Source: Mycobacteriales bacterium
Lineage (GTDB): Bacteria; Actinomycetota; Actinomycetes; Mycobacteriales; QHCE01
Assembly (NCBI GenBank): GCA_013362805.1
Contig: JABFVL010000046.1
Coordinates: forward strand, 2,437 to 66,436
DNA: 64,000 nucleotides
Direction: 5' to 3'
Shown here one piece after another: positions 1-9,058 of the stretch (positions within the stretch are counted from its first letter, which is position 1; each line of letters starts with the position of its first letter). The position numbers and the translations under genes were made by a program. The notes beneath the pieces are model-generated. The model saw only the letters and a list, made by a program, of their open reading frames with translations. It had not been told where the DNA came from and did no database searches.

Positions 1-239
1 CCCGTGGATCCAATAGCCAGCGCACGAAGCTCCGATTCCTCAACCCGGCTCAAAGTCTGGTAGCCGCTACGGTGCGCGGCGAGATCATCTTCTTTGGAGT
101 ACATACTGCCATCTGGTCCGGTGAAGACCAGATTGTCGTCAAGCATTTCAGACAATACTTGCACGTCAGAGGCGAGCTGTGCTTGCTGTAGCCGACGCTC
201 GGCCGAGCGGAGGCCTTCTACCTGGTCATTGTCCGTCAT
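1..239 (-). CDS. NTF2-like (DUF4440/SnoaL-like) protein; N-terminal part only, C-terminus lies outside the window
   Basis: ATG is the reverse complement of cat at 237-239, and the frame stays open to position 1. My translation is MTDNDQVEGLRSAERRLQQAQLASDVQVLSEMLDDNLVFTGPDGSMYSKEDDLAAHRSGYQ..., a pattern typical of DUF4440. No clear SD. It is absent from the ORF track because it is truncated. Confidence 0.5.
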   Translation of the reverse strand, partial: MTDNDQVEGLRSAERRLQQAQLASDVQVLSEMLDDNLVFTGPDGSMYSKEDDLAAHRSGYQTLSRVEESELRALAIGST

Positions 240-390
240 GGGCCGAGTATAGAACCATTTACTGCGGCAATCGTCTCGGACTACCCCGCGGCGACCCACT
301 ATCCACAAGTGACAGTTGGCGGTGTGGCGTGCGAGCTCTGGCATTCAGCTGAGAGTTAGTCTGCTCGAAAAACGCAAGGATGTGACTACA

Positions 391-1548
391 GTGAGTGAAC
401 ACGTCCGAGTATCCGAACGGCTCATGCTGCCCTGGGACCCGGACGTCCCAATCGCCGGGCTCGCCCTGCGGCGCGATGAATATCCCGTACACATGTGCCA
501 GGACGAAGCGAGCACGGTAGCGCGGCTCGGCGCGGAAATCGACGGCCGACGCGTCGCTTTGATCACCGACAACCAGGTAGCGACGCTACACGCACGACGG
601 CTCGCGGATCATTTGACCGAACTCGGACTCGAGGTTTCCATGACCTCCTTCCCCGCGGGGGAAGCGAATAAAAGCCTAGATACGGCAGTTGAATTGTTGA
701 ACTGGCTAGCGGCGACCAAGTTGGCCCGACGAGACGTGGTGCTCGCAGTCGGAGGTGGCGTGGTCATCGACACAGTCGGCTGGGTGGCGAGCGTCTATAT
801 GCGAGGCGTGCCCTATATCAACGTACCCACCACACTGCTCGCGCACGTCGACGCGGCCTTGGGCGGCAAAGTAGCCGTCGACCACCCTAGTGCCAAAAAC
901 CTTATCGGCGCGTTCTACCAGCCAAAAGCTGTGATCTCTAACGTTGGCTACCTCAGCACCTTGTGCACCCGAGAACTGAGGGCCGGACTAGCCGAAGCGA
1001 TTAAAAAAGGAGTCATAGCCTCACCAGAGCTATTCGAGCTCATTGAACAAGAACACACCAATATCTTGGCCGCCGATCCGAAAGTGCTAGCCCAACTGGT
1101 CCGCGGATCCAGTGCTATCAAATGCCATCTGATCGCCAAAGACCCATATGAGCAAGACTTGCGACGGCCACTGAACTTCGGGCACACCATCGGGCATGCG
1201 GTAGAAACAGTCAGCGGCTACGGCCCAATACATCATGGTGAGGCCGTCGCCTTCGGAATGGCCTGCGCCTCCCGGATCGCCGAACGACGTGATGTGCTCA
1301 CCCCGGCGTTGCTGCGGCGAATCGTCGGGCTACTCCAAGAATGCGGCCTGCCCACCACGCTCACTGAGCTACCAGTGTCGTTGAATCCACGGGAAGTTGT
1401 GGCGGCACTGGGCCAAATTCGCAAGATCCGAGATGGCCACCTTCGGTTCGTGCTCCCGGTCGCGCTCGGCGAAACAATCATCGCCAACGACATCACCGAC
1501 GAAGAAATCCACCTCGCCCTAAGCTCACCGGAGCGGTTGGATGGTTGA
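391..1548 (+). CDS. Sugar phosphate cyclase of the 3-dehydroquinate-synthase superfamily (EEVS/EVS/DDGS/DOIS-like rather than shikimate AroB, judged by context)
   Basis: ORF 316..1548. Motifs seen: nucleotide-binding GGGVVIDTVGWVA, PTTLLAHVDAALGGKVAV, and the metal/substrate motif DPYEQDLRRPLNFGHTIGHAVE...HGEAVAFG. Probable GTG start at 391 (AAGGA at 376-380), with 382 also possible. Its stop overlaps the next start by 8 nt. Confidence 0.8.
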   Translation: MSEHVRVSERLMLPWDPDVPIAGLALRRDEYPVHMCQDEASTVARLGAEIDGRRVALITDNQVATLHARRLADHLTELGLEVSMTSFPAGEANKSLDTAVELLNWLAATKLARRDVVLAVGGGVVIDTVGWVASVYMRGVPYINVPTTLLAHVDAALGGKVAVDHPSAKNLIGAFYQPKAVISNVGYLSTLCTRELRAGLAEAIKKGVIASPELFELIEQEHTNILAADPKVLAQLVRGSSAIKCHLIAKDPYEQDLRRPLNFGHTIGHAVETVSGYGPIHHGEAVAFGMACASRIAERRDVLTPALLRRIVGLLQECGLPTTLTELPVSLNPREVVAALGQIRKIRDGHLRFVLPVALGETIIANDITDEEIHLALSSPERLDG

Positions 1549-2437
1549 CCTGGACATCTTTGTAGTGGGCGGGGTTGGCGTAGACACCATCGTGCGAGTG
1601 CCTACCCTGCCGCTGCCGGCCCAGGACACCATCAAAGTTCCGCCCATCCGGCAATATGTCGCGCACACCGGCAACGGGGTGGCGATGGGCTGCCACAACT
1701 TGGGCCTGCGCACGCATCTCGTAGACGTCATCGGCGATGACCCCGAAGGCGCACTAGTGCTCGCACACTACGCCCAAGCGGAGTTGCCCTTCGACTATCA
1801 GAAACATCCAAGCGGGACTAGGCGCAGCGTCAACCTCGTGGACCCGCGAGGCACCCGCCTCTCCCTCTACGATGGACGCCACCCGCCCGACCTCAGCGTC
1901 AACCCTCGGCTATATCGCGAGCCGCTCGGCCGCACACGCCACGCGCATATTTCGCTCATCGATTGGGGCAGACACGTCCTCGCAGAAGCAACCGAGGCTG
2001 GGATCACCACTTCGACGGACCTACACAGCTGGAATGGCAAGGACGAGTACCGCCAAGACTTCGCCTACGGCGCCGACCTTGTCTTTGTCTCTACCAGCGC
2101 ATTGGGCCACCGAATCGAGGAAACCACCGAGAACATCCTGACTCGAGGCCGTGCCCGAGCCGTTGTCGCACTCGCTGGCGGCGATGGGAGTTACCTCAAG
2201 TTGCCCGACCGGCCACTGCGACACATACCCGCGATCGCGCTACCACCAGAACAGGTAGTGGATACCAACGGCGCGGGCGACAGCTACGTGGCCGGATTTT
2301 TGTACGCTCGCCTGTCCGGAAAAGACTGGGAGTCGTGTGCTCAAGCCGGGACTTTGGCTGGCGCGCATGCCGTACGCGCGGCGGGTACACACACCTCATT
2401 CATCACAGCTGAGGAACTCGACCGTGTTCTCGCCTGA
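1541..2437 (+). CDS. PfkB-family (ribokinase-like) sugar/cyclitol kinase
   Basis: N-terminal VVGGVGVDT and the C-terminal PfkB signature DTNGAGDSYVAGF. ATG at 1541 overlaps the cyclase stop at 1546-1548. Confidence 0.85.
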   Translation: MVDLDIFVVGGVGVDTIVRVPTLPLPAQDTIKVPPIRQYVAHTGNGVAMGCHNLGLRTHLVDVIGDDPEGALVLAHYAQAELPFDYQKHPSGTRRSVNLVDPRGTRLSLYDGRHPPDLSVNPRLYREPLGRTRHAHISLIDWGRHVLAEATEAGITTSTDLHSWNGKDEYRQDFAYGADLVFVSTSALGHRIEETTENILTRGRARAVVALAGGDGSYLKLPDRPLRHIPAIALPPEQVVDTNGAGDSYVAGFLYARLSGKDWESCAQAGTLAGAHAVRAAGTHTSFITAEELDRVLA

Positions 2438-3533
2438 CTTGGTCATCCGTCAGACCGGTTCGATCGGTCGTCACATGCTCGTTGAGCAGCACGATCCCAT
2501 CCCGTACGGTCACCCCAGCGGCTACCGTGGCACCAGGCAAAACGATCGAGCGCACAATCTTGGCCCCCGGCTCAATATTGCAACCAGGGTGCACCACGCT
2601 GTCCTCGGCAACCGCGCCTGTTGGCACCTCCGTTCCTAGCAGGCTCCCGGCCACATAGCGCGGCGTGGAATCAGCCAGGGTGCTTGGCAAGGCGCGCGGG
2701 TCGATGGGGTGCGGCTGAGTCAACAGCTTGAGCTGCTCACGGTGATAACGCTCGACGGTTCCGATGTCCGCCCAATACCCCTGGACGGGATACGCCAACA
2801 CTGGGCGACCTTCGGCAATCATCTCCGGAAGCACGTCCCGACTGATGTCGTGCTGCCAGCCATCGACACCTCGGCTGACCAACTGAGCGAGCACCTCTTG
2901 CAGGGCATCGATACGAAACAGGCAGAACGCTGTGAAAACCAGGTCGGAAGTGGGGTGCGCTGGCTTCTCAATCAGCGCACGAACACGCAGGTCAGCGTCA
3001 ACATCGACCATGCCGAACAACCTGACGTACCGCAGCTCGATGCGACGCACACCGATGGTGCAGTGCGCGCCCGAAGCGCGATGTGCGGCCACCATCGGCC
3101 CGTAGTCGAAGCGATAGACGTGGTCAGCATGCAGCACGAGCAGGTCGGTAGCAACGGGGGCGAACAAATATTCGGCGTTGGCCAGCAGCGCGTCGGCCGT
3201 GCCACGTTCGGCGGGACGTGCGGGAAGTACCTGCCCAGACTCCAACCCGCCTTGTGCTCGCAAAAGCTGATCATGGGGTCCGAAGTGAAGTCGCGTGCCC
3301 GTCTGCGTTCCCCAGTGCTTCAGCAAATGATGTACCAGGTCAGACTCGCGATGCAGGGACAGCAGCACCAGCTCGGGAACTCCCGAGTCGACGGTGTTCG
3401 CCACACTAAAATCGACCAACCTGCACGATGCGGCATAGGGGACGAGCGGCTTACAGCTCCGCGCCGTCAACGGGCCCATCCGCTCCCCGAGCCCACCGGC
3501 CAGCAGCGCGCCGCGCACTCCATTGAGCGTCAC
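2403..3533 (-). CDS. GlgC-like sugar-1-phosphate nucleotidyltransferase (ValB/AcbR-type role proposed)
   Basis: N-terminal LLAGGLGERMGPLT...KPLVP motif, followed by a C-terminal left-handed beta-helix-like region. The start overlaps the stop of the upstream TIM-barrel gene (3530-3533). The 3' end converges on and overlaps 1541..2437 by 35 nt. Confidence 0.8.
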   Translation of the reverse strand: MTLNGVRGALLAGGLGERMGPLTARSCKPLVPYAASCRLVDFSVANTVDSGVPELVLLSLHRESDLVHHLLKHWGTQTGTRLHFGPHDQLLRAQGGLESGQVLPARPAERGTADALLANAEYLFAPVATDLLVLHADHVYRFDYGPMVAAHRASGAHCTIGVRRIELRYVRLFGMVDVDADLRVRALIEKPAHPTSDLVFTAFCLFRIDALQEVLAQLVSRGVDGWQHDISRDVLPEMIAEGRPVLAYPVQGYWADIGTVERYHREQLKLLTQPHPIDPRALPSTLADSTPRYVAGSLLGTEVPTGAVAEDSVVHPGCNIEPGAKIVRSIVLPGATVAAGVTVRDGIVLLNEHVTTDRTGLTDDQVRREHGRVPQL

Positions 3534-4492
3534 CAGGTCCTCCCGGCGGCCTGGGCAACGGGTAGCAGCTGACGCAATAGCGCCAACGAGTTCACCACTC
3601 CTTGCTCGGTCGGCAAAAGGGAGTCCTCGTGCTCGATATAGATCACTCCCCGGTAGTTCTCATCTATTAGTGCCGCTATCAGTGCTGGCCAGGACATTTC
3701 GCCGCAGCCCAACGCCCGAAATCGGATCGCGGGACCGGGACCATACCGGGACCAGCCCGGTCCCCGCGGATCTTCTGGCGTTTTCCACCGCTGAAGGTCT
3801 TTGGCGTGCACGACAGCGAGGCGCTCACCCCAGCCCCGGACCGCTGCCACCGGATCATGACCCACCGCGGCGAGGTTTGCCGGATCGACACACAGCTTCA
3901 CCTCCCCGGCGGCGGCGAGCAGCGCTCTGGCGCTGGCCGGGTCGTAAACGACCTGTTTGGGGTGAGGTTCCACTACCACCTGGACGCCCAGCTTCTTGGC
4001 AAGTGCCAGCACTGGTTCCGCCTCCGCTATCCAAGTGTCGATGTTGTCCTGCCAGCTCACCTGGCTACCCCACCAGGACAACCAGCGCCCAAGGTCTGGC
4101 ACGCCTAGCATCAACCGGACTTGCGGAGCGCCGATCCCAGCCGCGAGCTGAACGGTTCCGAGCGCGGCACGCAGCCCATAGTCCCGCTTCTGTGCGGCGG
4201 AGCCAGCAAATATGGGATCGGTATGTGGGCCGTGCGGGCCAAGCAATAGTTGCGCATCGCGGCTGTTGCTGACGCAACCAATGTGGACTTGGGCGGCGGC
4301 CAAGGCCGCCCGCAATTCTTGATGGTGTGCGGGATCCTCGAGCCGGTTGGGATCAACCAGTTTGAGAGTGCTGTCCGTGGGCAGGTCCACCACATCCACG
4401 CCATTTCGGGCAGCTGTGCGCAATGCGGCGTCAAGCCCGGCTGGGGCAAGCGCGGCCAGGCAGAGCCCTATCTGCATAGGTTCGGACATCAT
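3530..4492 (-). CDS. Xylose-isomerase-like TIM-barrel enzyme (sugar phosphate isomerase/epimerase or inosose-dehydratase-like)
   Basis: Motifs VVVEPHP, VVHAKD and IYIEHED are typical of the AP_endonuc_2/IolE fold. The ATG at 4492 shares ATGA with the upstream stop. The Arg-rich 112 aa at the front of ORF 3530..4828 overlap the upstream gene and are rejected. Confidence 0.75.
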   Translation of the reverse strand: MMSEPMQIGLCLAALAPAGLDAALRTAARNGVDVVDLPTDSTLKLVDPNRLEDPAHHQELRAALAAAQVHIGCVSNSRDAQLLLGPHGPHTDPIFAGSAAQKRDYGLRAALGTVQLAAGIGAPQVRLMLGVPDLGRWLSWWGSQVSWQDNIDTWIAEAEPVLALAKKLGVQVVVEPHPKQVVYDPASARALLAAAGEVKLCVDPANLAAVGHDPVAAVRGWGERLAVVHAKDLQRWKTPEDPRGPGWSRYGPGPAIRFRALGCGEMSWPALIAALIDENYRGVIYIEHEDSLLPTEQGVVNSLALLRQLLPVAQAAGRTW

Positions 4493-5439
4493 GTTGCGGT
4501 TCCTTCCATGGATCGGTGCCATGCCCATCGGTCCGCCAGTACCGCTGGCAGTTCGCGTGGGTGCTCGCGTAGCGCGGCTAGCACGGTTTTTGGAGGGTCG
4601 TCGATGATGCTGGGCGGGTTGTCGGCGCCCAGTTCCCGCACGATCTTGTCGGCTAGGGCTTCGGCGAACTCGGGGCAACCTCGGAAAACGCCACCATTGA
4701 GGGTGGCCGACCACTGTGTAGTGAGATTGGCGGCGTCCCTGGCGGCGCGTACCCCGTCGAGCAGATCGGTGATCGCGACGGCCACGATTTCGCTGGCCAC
4801 CGCATCGCCTGTCAGCCAGCAGCGGCACACGGCGCCGGCAAGTGCGGCGACCGCGGCTTTGGGGAATGGTTCGGCGGCGAGTCGGCGGGCGAGCTCACGC
4901 ACCGTGCAGTGAGTGTTCTCGGCGAGTGTCAGCTCAAGGGCGGTCGCGGGGCCGCGTCCATCGGAGGCGCGCACTGCGGCTCGTAGGCCGGCGAGCCCGA
5001 GGGCGAATGCGCTGCCTTCATCGCTGCCGAGGTATTCGCAGCCGCCGACGGAGATGGGTGGGCTGACTCCGTCGCTGGCCAAAAATCCAGATCCGGTGCC
5101 GCAGACTACTGCGACGCCTCGGTTGCGGAGTGGAGCGGCGAGCAGGAGGGGCAGCACGTCTCCGGAGATCACCAGTGTGCCGGCGAGCCCAGAGATTTCG
5201 GCGATGTGGGTCAGCCTGTCGACCTCACGGTGTGGCGCATCCCCACCTACGGTGGCGGTGGCTAGCCAGCCTGTTGTCGGCCCCAGTTGCGCAATGGCGC
5301 GCAGCAACTCCGATAGGCGGCGATCGGCTTCTAATGTTCCGACTGACGCCGCATTCACTGATTCGTGCTTCCACTTTGTTCCGTCATCGAGCAGCACTGT
5401 GGTGCTGCTGCCTCCCGCATCTATCGCCCAATGTCGCAT
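4489..5439 (-). CDS. BadF/BadG/BcrA/BcrD-type ATPase (N-acetylglucosamine-kinase-like sugar kinase)
   Basis: N-terminal phosphate-1 motif WAIDAGGSSTTV, plus GTGSGF and GGCEYLGSDEGSAF actin-fold ATPase motifs. It is the first gene of the minus-strand sub-operon. Confidence 0.75.
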   Translation of the reverse strand: MRHWAIDAGGSSTTVLLDDGTKWKHESVNAASVGTLEADRRLSELLRAIAQLGPTTGWLATATVGGDAPHREVDRLTHIAEISGLAGTLVISGDVLPLLLAAPLRNRGVAVVCGTGSGFLASDGVSPPISVGGCEYLGSDEGSAFALGLAGLRAAVRASDGRGPATALELTLAENTHCTVRELARRLAAEPFPKAAVAALAGAVCRCWLTGDAVASEIVAVAITDLLDGVRAARDAANLTTQWSATLNGGVFRGCPEFAEALADKIVRELGADNPPSIIDDPPKTVLAALREHPRELPAVLADRWAWHRSMEGTAT

Positions 5440-5508
5440 CAGGAATCACCTCTATCGTTACTCAATGTTGCAGAATGATTACGCTACCGACCTGGGTGGC
5501 AAGCTGAC

Positions 5509-6717
5509 GTGGACGACGCGCGATCTGGTTCACAACTGATGAACGGAGTCTGGGTGCGAGGGACGATCATCGGCCGGGGCGGCGGCGTTCTCGGACTGCT
5601 GGCCGTAGCCCTGAGCTGGGGCGTGTTCTGGGGCGGCTGGGCGGCACTCATTCCTGACCTCAAAGCGAACCTCGAACTGACCAACCGACAGCTAGGGCTG
5701 GCGCTCTTCGCCGCCCCCATCGCGGCAATACCGGCCATGCTGCTCACCGGACGGCTGGCGAAACACCTCGCCCAGCGCACCCTTCCAGCGGTGACCGGAA
5801 TATTCGCGCTCAGCGTTCTACTTGTTGGCTTGGCTTCCTCTCGATGGGCGTTTGCGGCGACCCTTCTGCTGCTAGGAGCTGCCAGCGGCGCCATCGAAGT
5901 AGGTCTGAACGCGACAATCGCGGCACGAGAAGCCCGAGACAGTGAGCGCCTATTCAACAAAGTGCAAGCGGCGACCCCGCTGGCAATGGTCGTCTCGGCA
6001 CCGGCCGCGGGCCTAGCCCGAGATCTAGGGGCCTCCTCGTTGGTGGTGCTCACCGCGATCGCCGCGCTGATTATGGTCAGCGCGGTACTCGCGATCGACC
6101 CCACCCCGTGGGATCCGCAGCGCCCACCACCCCCAAAGGCCAATACGCAAAGCCAGCTCCTGGGCCTGCTCATGCTCGTGGGAGCAGTGGGCGCGAGTGT
6201 TCTGTTGATGGAGAACGCGGTGGAGCAATGGGGCGCGATCCATCTGGAACAAGAGTTTGATGTGGACCCGCTTGTGGCCAGCTTCGGCCCGGCCTCATAC
6301 ATGGCCGGACTGGCCGTGGGAAGAATTCTCGCCCAATGGCAAGGGGCACGAGTGCCAGAACACACACTCGTGCTGGTCAGCGGGCTGCTCGGGGGAATTG
6401 GGCTCGCGATGGGTGCAGCGGCTTGGGGCCTGGAATGGACTCTGGCCGGTTTCGCGCTCGCGGGCATCGGCTTGGCACCAGTGCTACCGACACTACTGAG
6501 CGCGGTCGGTCGCACGGTTGATTCGCAACAGCGCTCAAAGGCGGTGTCAGTGGTAACCACAGTCTCCTACGCGGGTTTCCTGCTCAGCCCGCCTCTCGTT
6601 GGCCTGCTCGCTGGAAGTTTCGACCTATCGGCGGCGCTTGGGATCATGGCGCTTTTTGGAGTGCTAGTCGCGGCTGGCGGCAAAGTTCTGGGCCTACTTC
6701 CAAAGGCTCGGATATGA
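5509..6717 (+). CDS. MFS transporter (probable exporter of the cluster product)
   Basis: About 12 hydrophobic segments across 402 aa. The start is uncertain: GTG 5509, ATG 5539, or GTG 5557 behind ACGGAG. The stop overlaps the next start (ATGA at 6714-6717). Confidence 0.75.
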   Translation: MDDARSGSQLMNGVWVRGTIIGRGGGVLGLLAVALSWGVFWGGWAALIPDLKANLELTNRQLGLALFAAPIAAIPAMLLTGRLAKHLAQRTLPAVTGIFALSVLLVGLASSRWAFAATLLLLGAASGAIEVGLNATIAAREARDSERLFNKVQAATPLAMVVSAPAAGLARDLGASSLVVLTAIAALIMVSAVLAIDPTPWDPQRPPPPKANTQSQLLGLLMLVGAVGASVLLMENAVEQWGAIHLEQEFDVDPLVASFGPASYMAGLAVGRILAQWQGARVPEHTLVLVSGLLGGIGLAMGAAAWGLEWTLAGFALAGIGLAPVLPTLLSAVGRTVDSQQRSKAVSVVTTVSYAGFLLSPPLVGLLAGSFDLSAALGIMALFGVLVAAGGKVLGLLPKARI

Positions 6718-7616
6718 CCGGCCAACGCGTGCTCATCATCGGCGCTGGATACATCGCGAGTCACATTGCACGCCGACTTGCCACGCTCGGCCACACAATC
6801 GTCCTCAGTTCGCGACACGAATCCACACCTGCGGGCGAACAACTCGGTTGGCTTCCGGTCGACGTGCGAGAACGACAATCGGTGCACTCTCTCATCAGGG
6901 CCGCCTGCCCGGACACAGTCATCACGGTGCACGGCCCGTCCGACATCACCTGGTGCGAGGCCAACCCAGAACAGGCCACCGCAGCGCACCAGCGCGGTGC
7001 CAGCTACTTGGCCGAAGCATTCGAAAATGGCCGAATCATCGCGATCTCCACTGACAATGTTTTTCCCGGCCACGCGGAAAGCTGCGGCGAATCCGCGCCA
7101 ACCGCACCCGCCAACACCTACGGTCGAGCCAAACTCGCGGCTGAGAACATCCTGTTGGCCACCCATAACGCCCTCGCGCTGCGGGTAAGTCTCGTCTATG
7201 GGTGGGACAGCTCAGGATTGCGGCCAAACTTTTTCACTACCTGCGCGCAGCAACTGCGCGCGGCCCGGCCCGTGGTGGTGCCCGCCGACTGTTGGAACAC
7301 GCCAGTCTTGGCGGACGACGTAGCCGAATGGACCGCCGCCTTGCTGGACTCCGCGCACACGGGCGTCATACACCTTGGCGGCCCACGACGGCTGACCCGA
7401 CTCGCTTGGGCCACACACATCGCTCAGACCTATGGGGTCGACCCCGACCTCGTCAGCGCCGCGCCACAAGAAAGCACCGGCTATGCGTGCCGCCCACGCA
7501 ATGCGTGCCTGCACAGCGAGCGCGCGGCGGGCATTCCCGAACTAGCGGTGCTAGCCCCAATGGACGTTTTGGAAGCCAGCACCAAGCTCATCCTTACCGG
7601 AGAGGACTACCTATGA
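6714..7616 (+). CDS. RmlD-like NAD(P)-dependent SDR (reductase/epimerase)
   Basis: Rossmann motif IIGAGYIASH, ISTDNVFPG, and the catalytic YGRAKLAAE (YxxxK), as in dTDP-4-dehydrorhamnose reductase-type proteins. Confidence 0.8.
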   Translation: MTGQRVLIIGAGYIASHIARRLATLGHTIVLSSRHESTPAGEQLGWLPVDVRERQSVHSLIRAACPDTVITVHGPSDITWCEANPEQATAAHQRGASYLAEAFENGRIIAISTDNVFPGHAESCGESAPTAPANTYGRAKLAAENILLATHNALALRVSLVYGWDSSGLRPNFFTTCAQQLRAARPVVVPADCWNTPVLADDVAEWTAALLDSAHTGVIHLGGPRRLTRLAWATHIAQTYGVDPDLVSAAPQESTGYACRPRNACLHSERAAGIPELAVLAPMDVLEASTKLILTGEDYL

Positions 7617-9058
7617 CCGATCGCCGATTCTTCCTTGCCAGTAAAAGAGCCGCTGTCAGCTACGCACCGAACCCACAGAGCGGGGAACTTCAACCCTGGC
7701 TTGCTCCCGGCGGAACCGGCAATGTCGTGGCCGAGCAGGCTGGGGTACTTGATGTGTCCTGGATCGCCAGTGCCGACACCGACGAGGATCACCGGGCCGC
7801 TCAAGAAAACCCAGCGGGCATCACTCTTCGTCTTAGATCCGGCCGCGACATACGCATCCAGCTGCTTCGACACGACCGACAAACCTTCGATGTCGTGCAA
7901 AATTTCCTGACCGCACAGCTGCTATGGGCGGCTAACAATCACGGCTGGGATACCTGGACCACCCCGACTTTTGATGCTGACACCTATCGCGCCATGGAAC
8001 GCTACGCCGAATTCACCAATGACTTCGCCGATGCTTTGCTAAAAAATTCCGCTGACACGAAAGATCCGACCTACCTGGTCCACGACTATCAACTCATCGG
8101 GGTCCCGGCCAAACTGCGCGTTCAACGGCCGGATGCGCCGATTCTGCTCTTTGTACACATACCGTGGCCCGCTGCCGACTATTGGCGAGTCTTGCCCAAG
8201 CCCATGCGCACTAGCCTCTTGGAGGGCATGCTCCCCGCCACCACCATTGGGTTCTTCGCCGAACGTTGGGTGCGCAACTTCCTGGAATGTGTGTCAGATC
8301 TGCTGCCCGACGCACAAGTCAACCGCGACTCAGGCATCGTCCGGTGGCGTGGTCACCACACCCACGTGCGCGCGATGCCGCTCGGCTATAGCCCGTTGGC
8401 GCTCGAACACCGCGCACCCCGCCTACCTGAGGACATTGAGCAGTGGGCGGGCAAACATCCACTTGTTGTCCACAGTGGCCGTACGGATCCGATGAAGAAC
8501 GCCGAGCGCGCCGTGCAGGCCTTCGTCCTCGCGATGCGAACCGAGGAACGGTTGCGTGGCACCAGAATGCTGGTGCGGATGAACCCCAACCGGCTCTATG
8601 TGGAAGCTAACGCCCACTACCTGCGTCGGGTCGAGGCCGCGATAGCCGACGCTAACGCCCAGTTGAGCACTGAGGCGGTGCGTCTGCATTGCGACAACGA
8701 GGTGGAACACAGCATCGCCTGTTTTCAACGCGCTGACCTGCTGATCTTCAACTCGACGGTCGACGGCCAAAATTTGAGTACTTTCGAGGCTCCGTTGGTG
8801 AACGAGCGCGACGCCGAGGTCGTCTTGTCGGAAAGGTGCGGCGCCGCCGAAGTGCTCGGCAACGTTTGTCGCGTTGTCAACCCGTTCGACCTCGTTGAAC
8901 AGGCCGAAGCGATTGTCGCGGGTCTCACCACCCCGGCCGCTGACCGCGCGGAAACCGCCAGACGGCGCCGCGAGGTCGCCGCACCATGGACGCTGGAGGC
9001 CTGGGTGCGAGCTCAGCTCGACGGGCTCGCCGCCGACCACCGGGCCCGCGATGAGTGA
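7613..9058 (+). CDS. GT20 family (trehalose-6-phosphate-synthase-like) transferase, a candidate pseudoglycosyltransferase (VldE/ValL/SalC-like)
   Basis: OtsA-like motifs are present but altered: VHDYQL, FVHIPWPA, GRTDPMKN, DGQNLSTFEAP. ATG at 7613 lies behind GGAGAGGA and shares ATGA with the upstream stop. The 137 aa at the front of ORF 7202..9058 overlap the SDR gene and are rejected. Confidence 0.8.
   Translation: MTDRRFFLASKRAAVSYAPNPQSGELQPWLAPGGTGNVVAEQAGVLDVSWIASADTDEDHRAAQENPAGITLRLRSGRDIRIQLLRHDRQTFDVVQNFLTAQLLWAANNHGWDTWTTPTFDADTYRAMERYAEFTNDFADALLKNSADTKDPTYLVHDYQLIGVPAKLRVQRPDAPILLFVHIPWPAADYWRVLPKPMRTSLLEGMLPATTIGFFAERWVRNFLECVSDLLPDAQVNRDSGIVRWRGHHTHVRAMPLGYSPLALEHRAPRLPEDIEQWAGKHPLVVHSGRTDPMKNAERAVQAFVLAMRTEERLRGTRMLVRMNPNRLYVEANAHYLRRVEAAIADANAQLSTEAVRLHCDNEVEHSIACFQRADLLIFNSTVDGQNLSTFEAPLVNERDAEVVLSERCGAAEVLGNVCRVVNPFDLVEQAEAIVAGLTTPAADRAETARRRREVAAPWTLEAWVRAQLDGLAADHRARDE

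Noticed and set aside
391-1548. Interpreting the cyclase as housekeeping 3-dehydroquinate synthase (aroB) and 7613..9058 as housekeeping otsA.
   Set aside because: There are no shikimate neighbours and no otsB. Both genes are embedded in a coupled cluster with an aminotransferase, nucleotidyltransferase and kinases, and the GT20 motifs are altered. This is not strictly excluded without phylogeny or assays.
5484-6560. 358-aa ORF on the minus strand, antisense to the MFS gene. Similar long antisense ORFs occur at 2709..3572, 8423..9040, 37893..38744, 40935..41720, 45623..46438, 46747..47895 and 53564..54190.
   Set aside because: These are typical high-GC shadow ORFs. Their translations are Arg/Ala/Pro/Ser-rich and low in complexity, with no motifs. 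In each case the opposite strand encodes a protein with clear family signatures.
7202-7612. N-terminal extensions in the ORF track for the GT20 gene. The same issue affects 3530..4828 (first 112 aa), 27698..29065 (first 56 aa), 59164..60426 (first 70 aa), 30874..31194 and 46816..48147.
   Set aside because: The extensions overlap well-supported upstream genes or a riboswitch and are Arg/Pro-rich. Internal starts with good SDs or ATGA/TGATG coupling are available instead.
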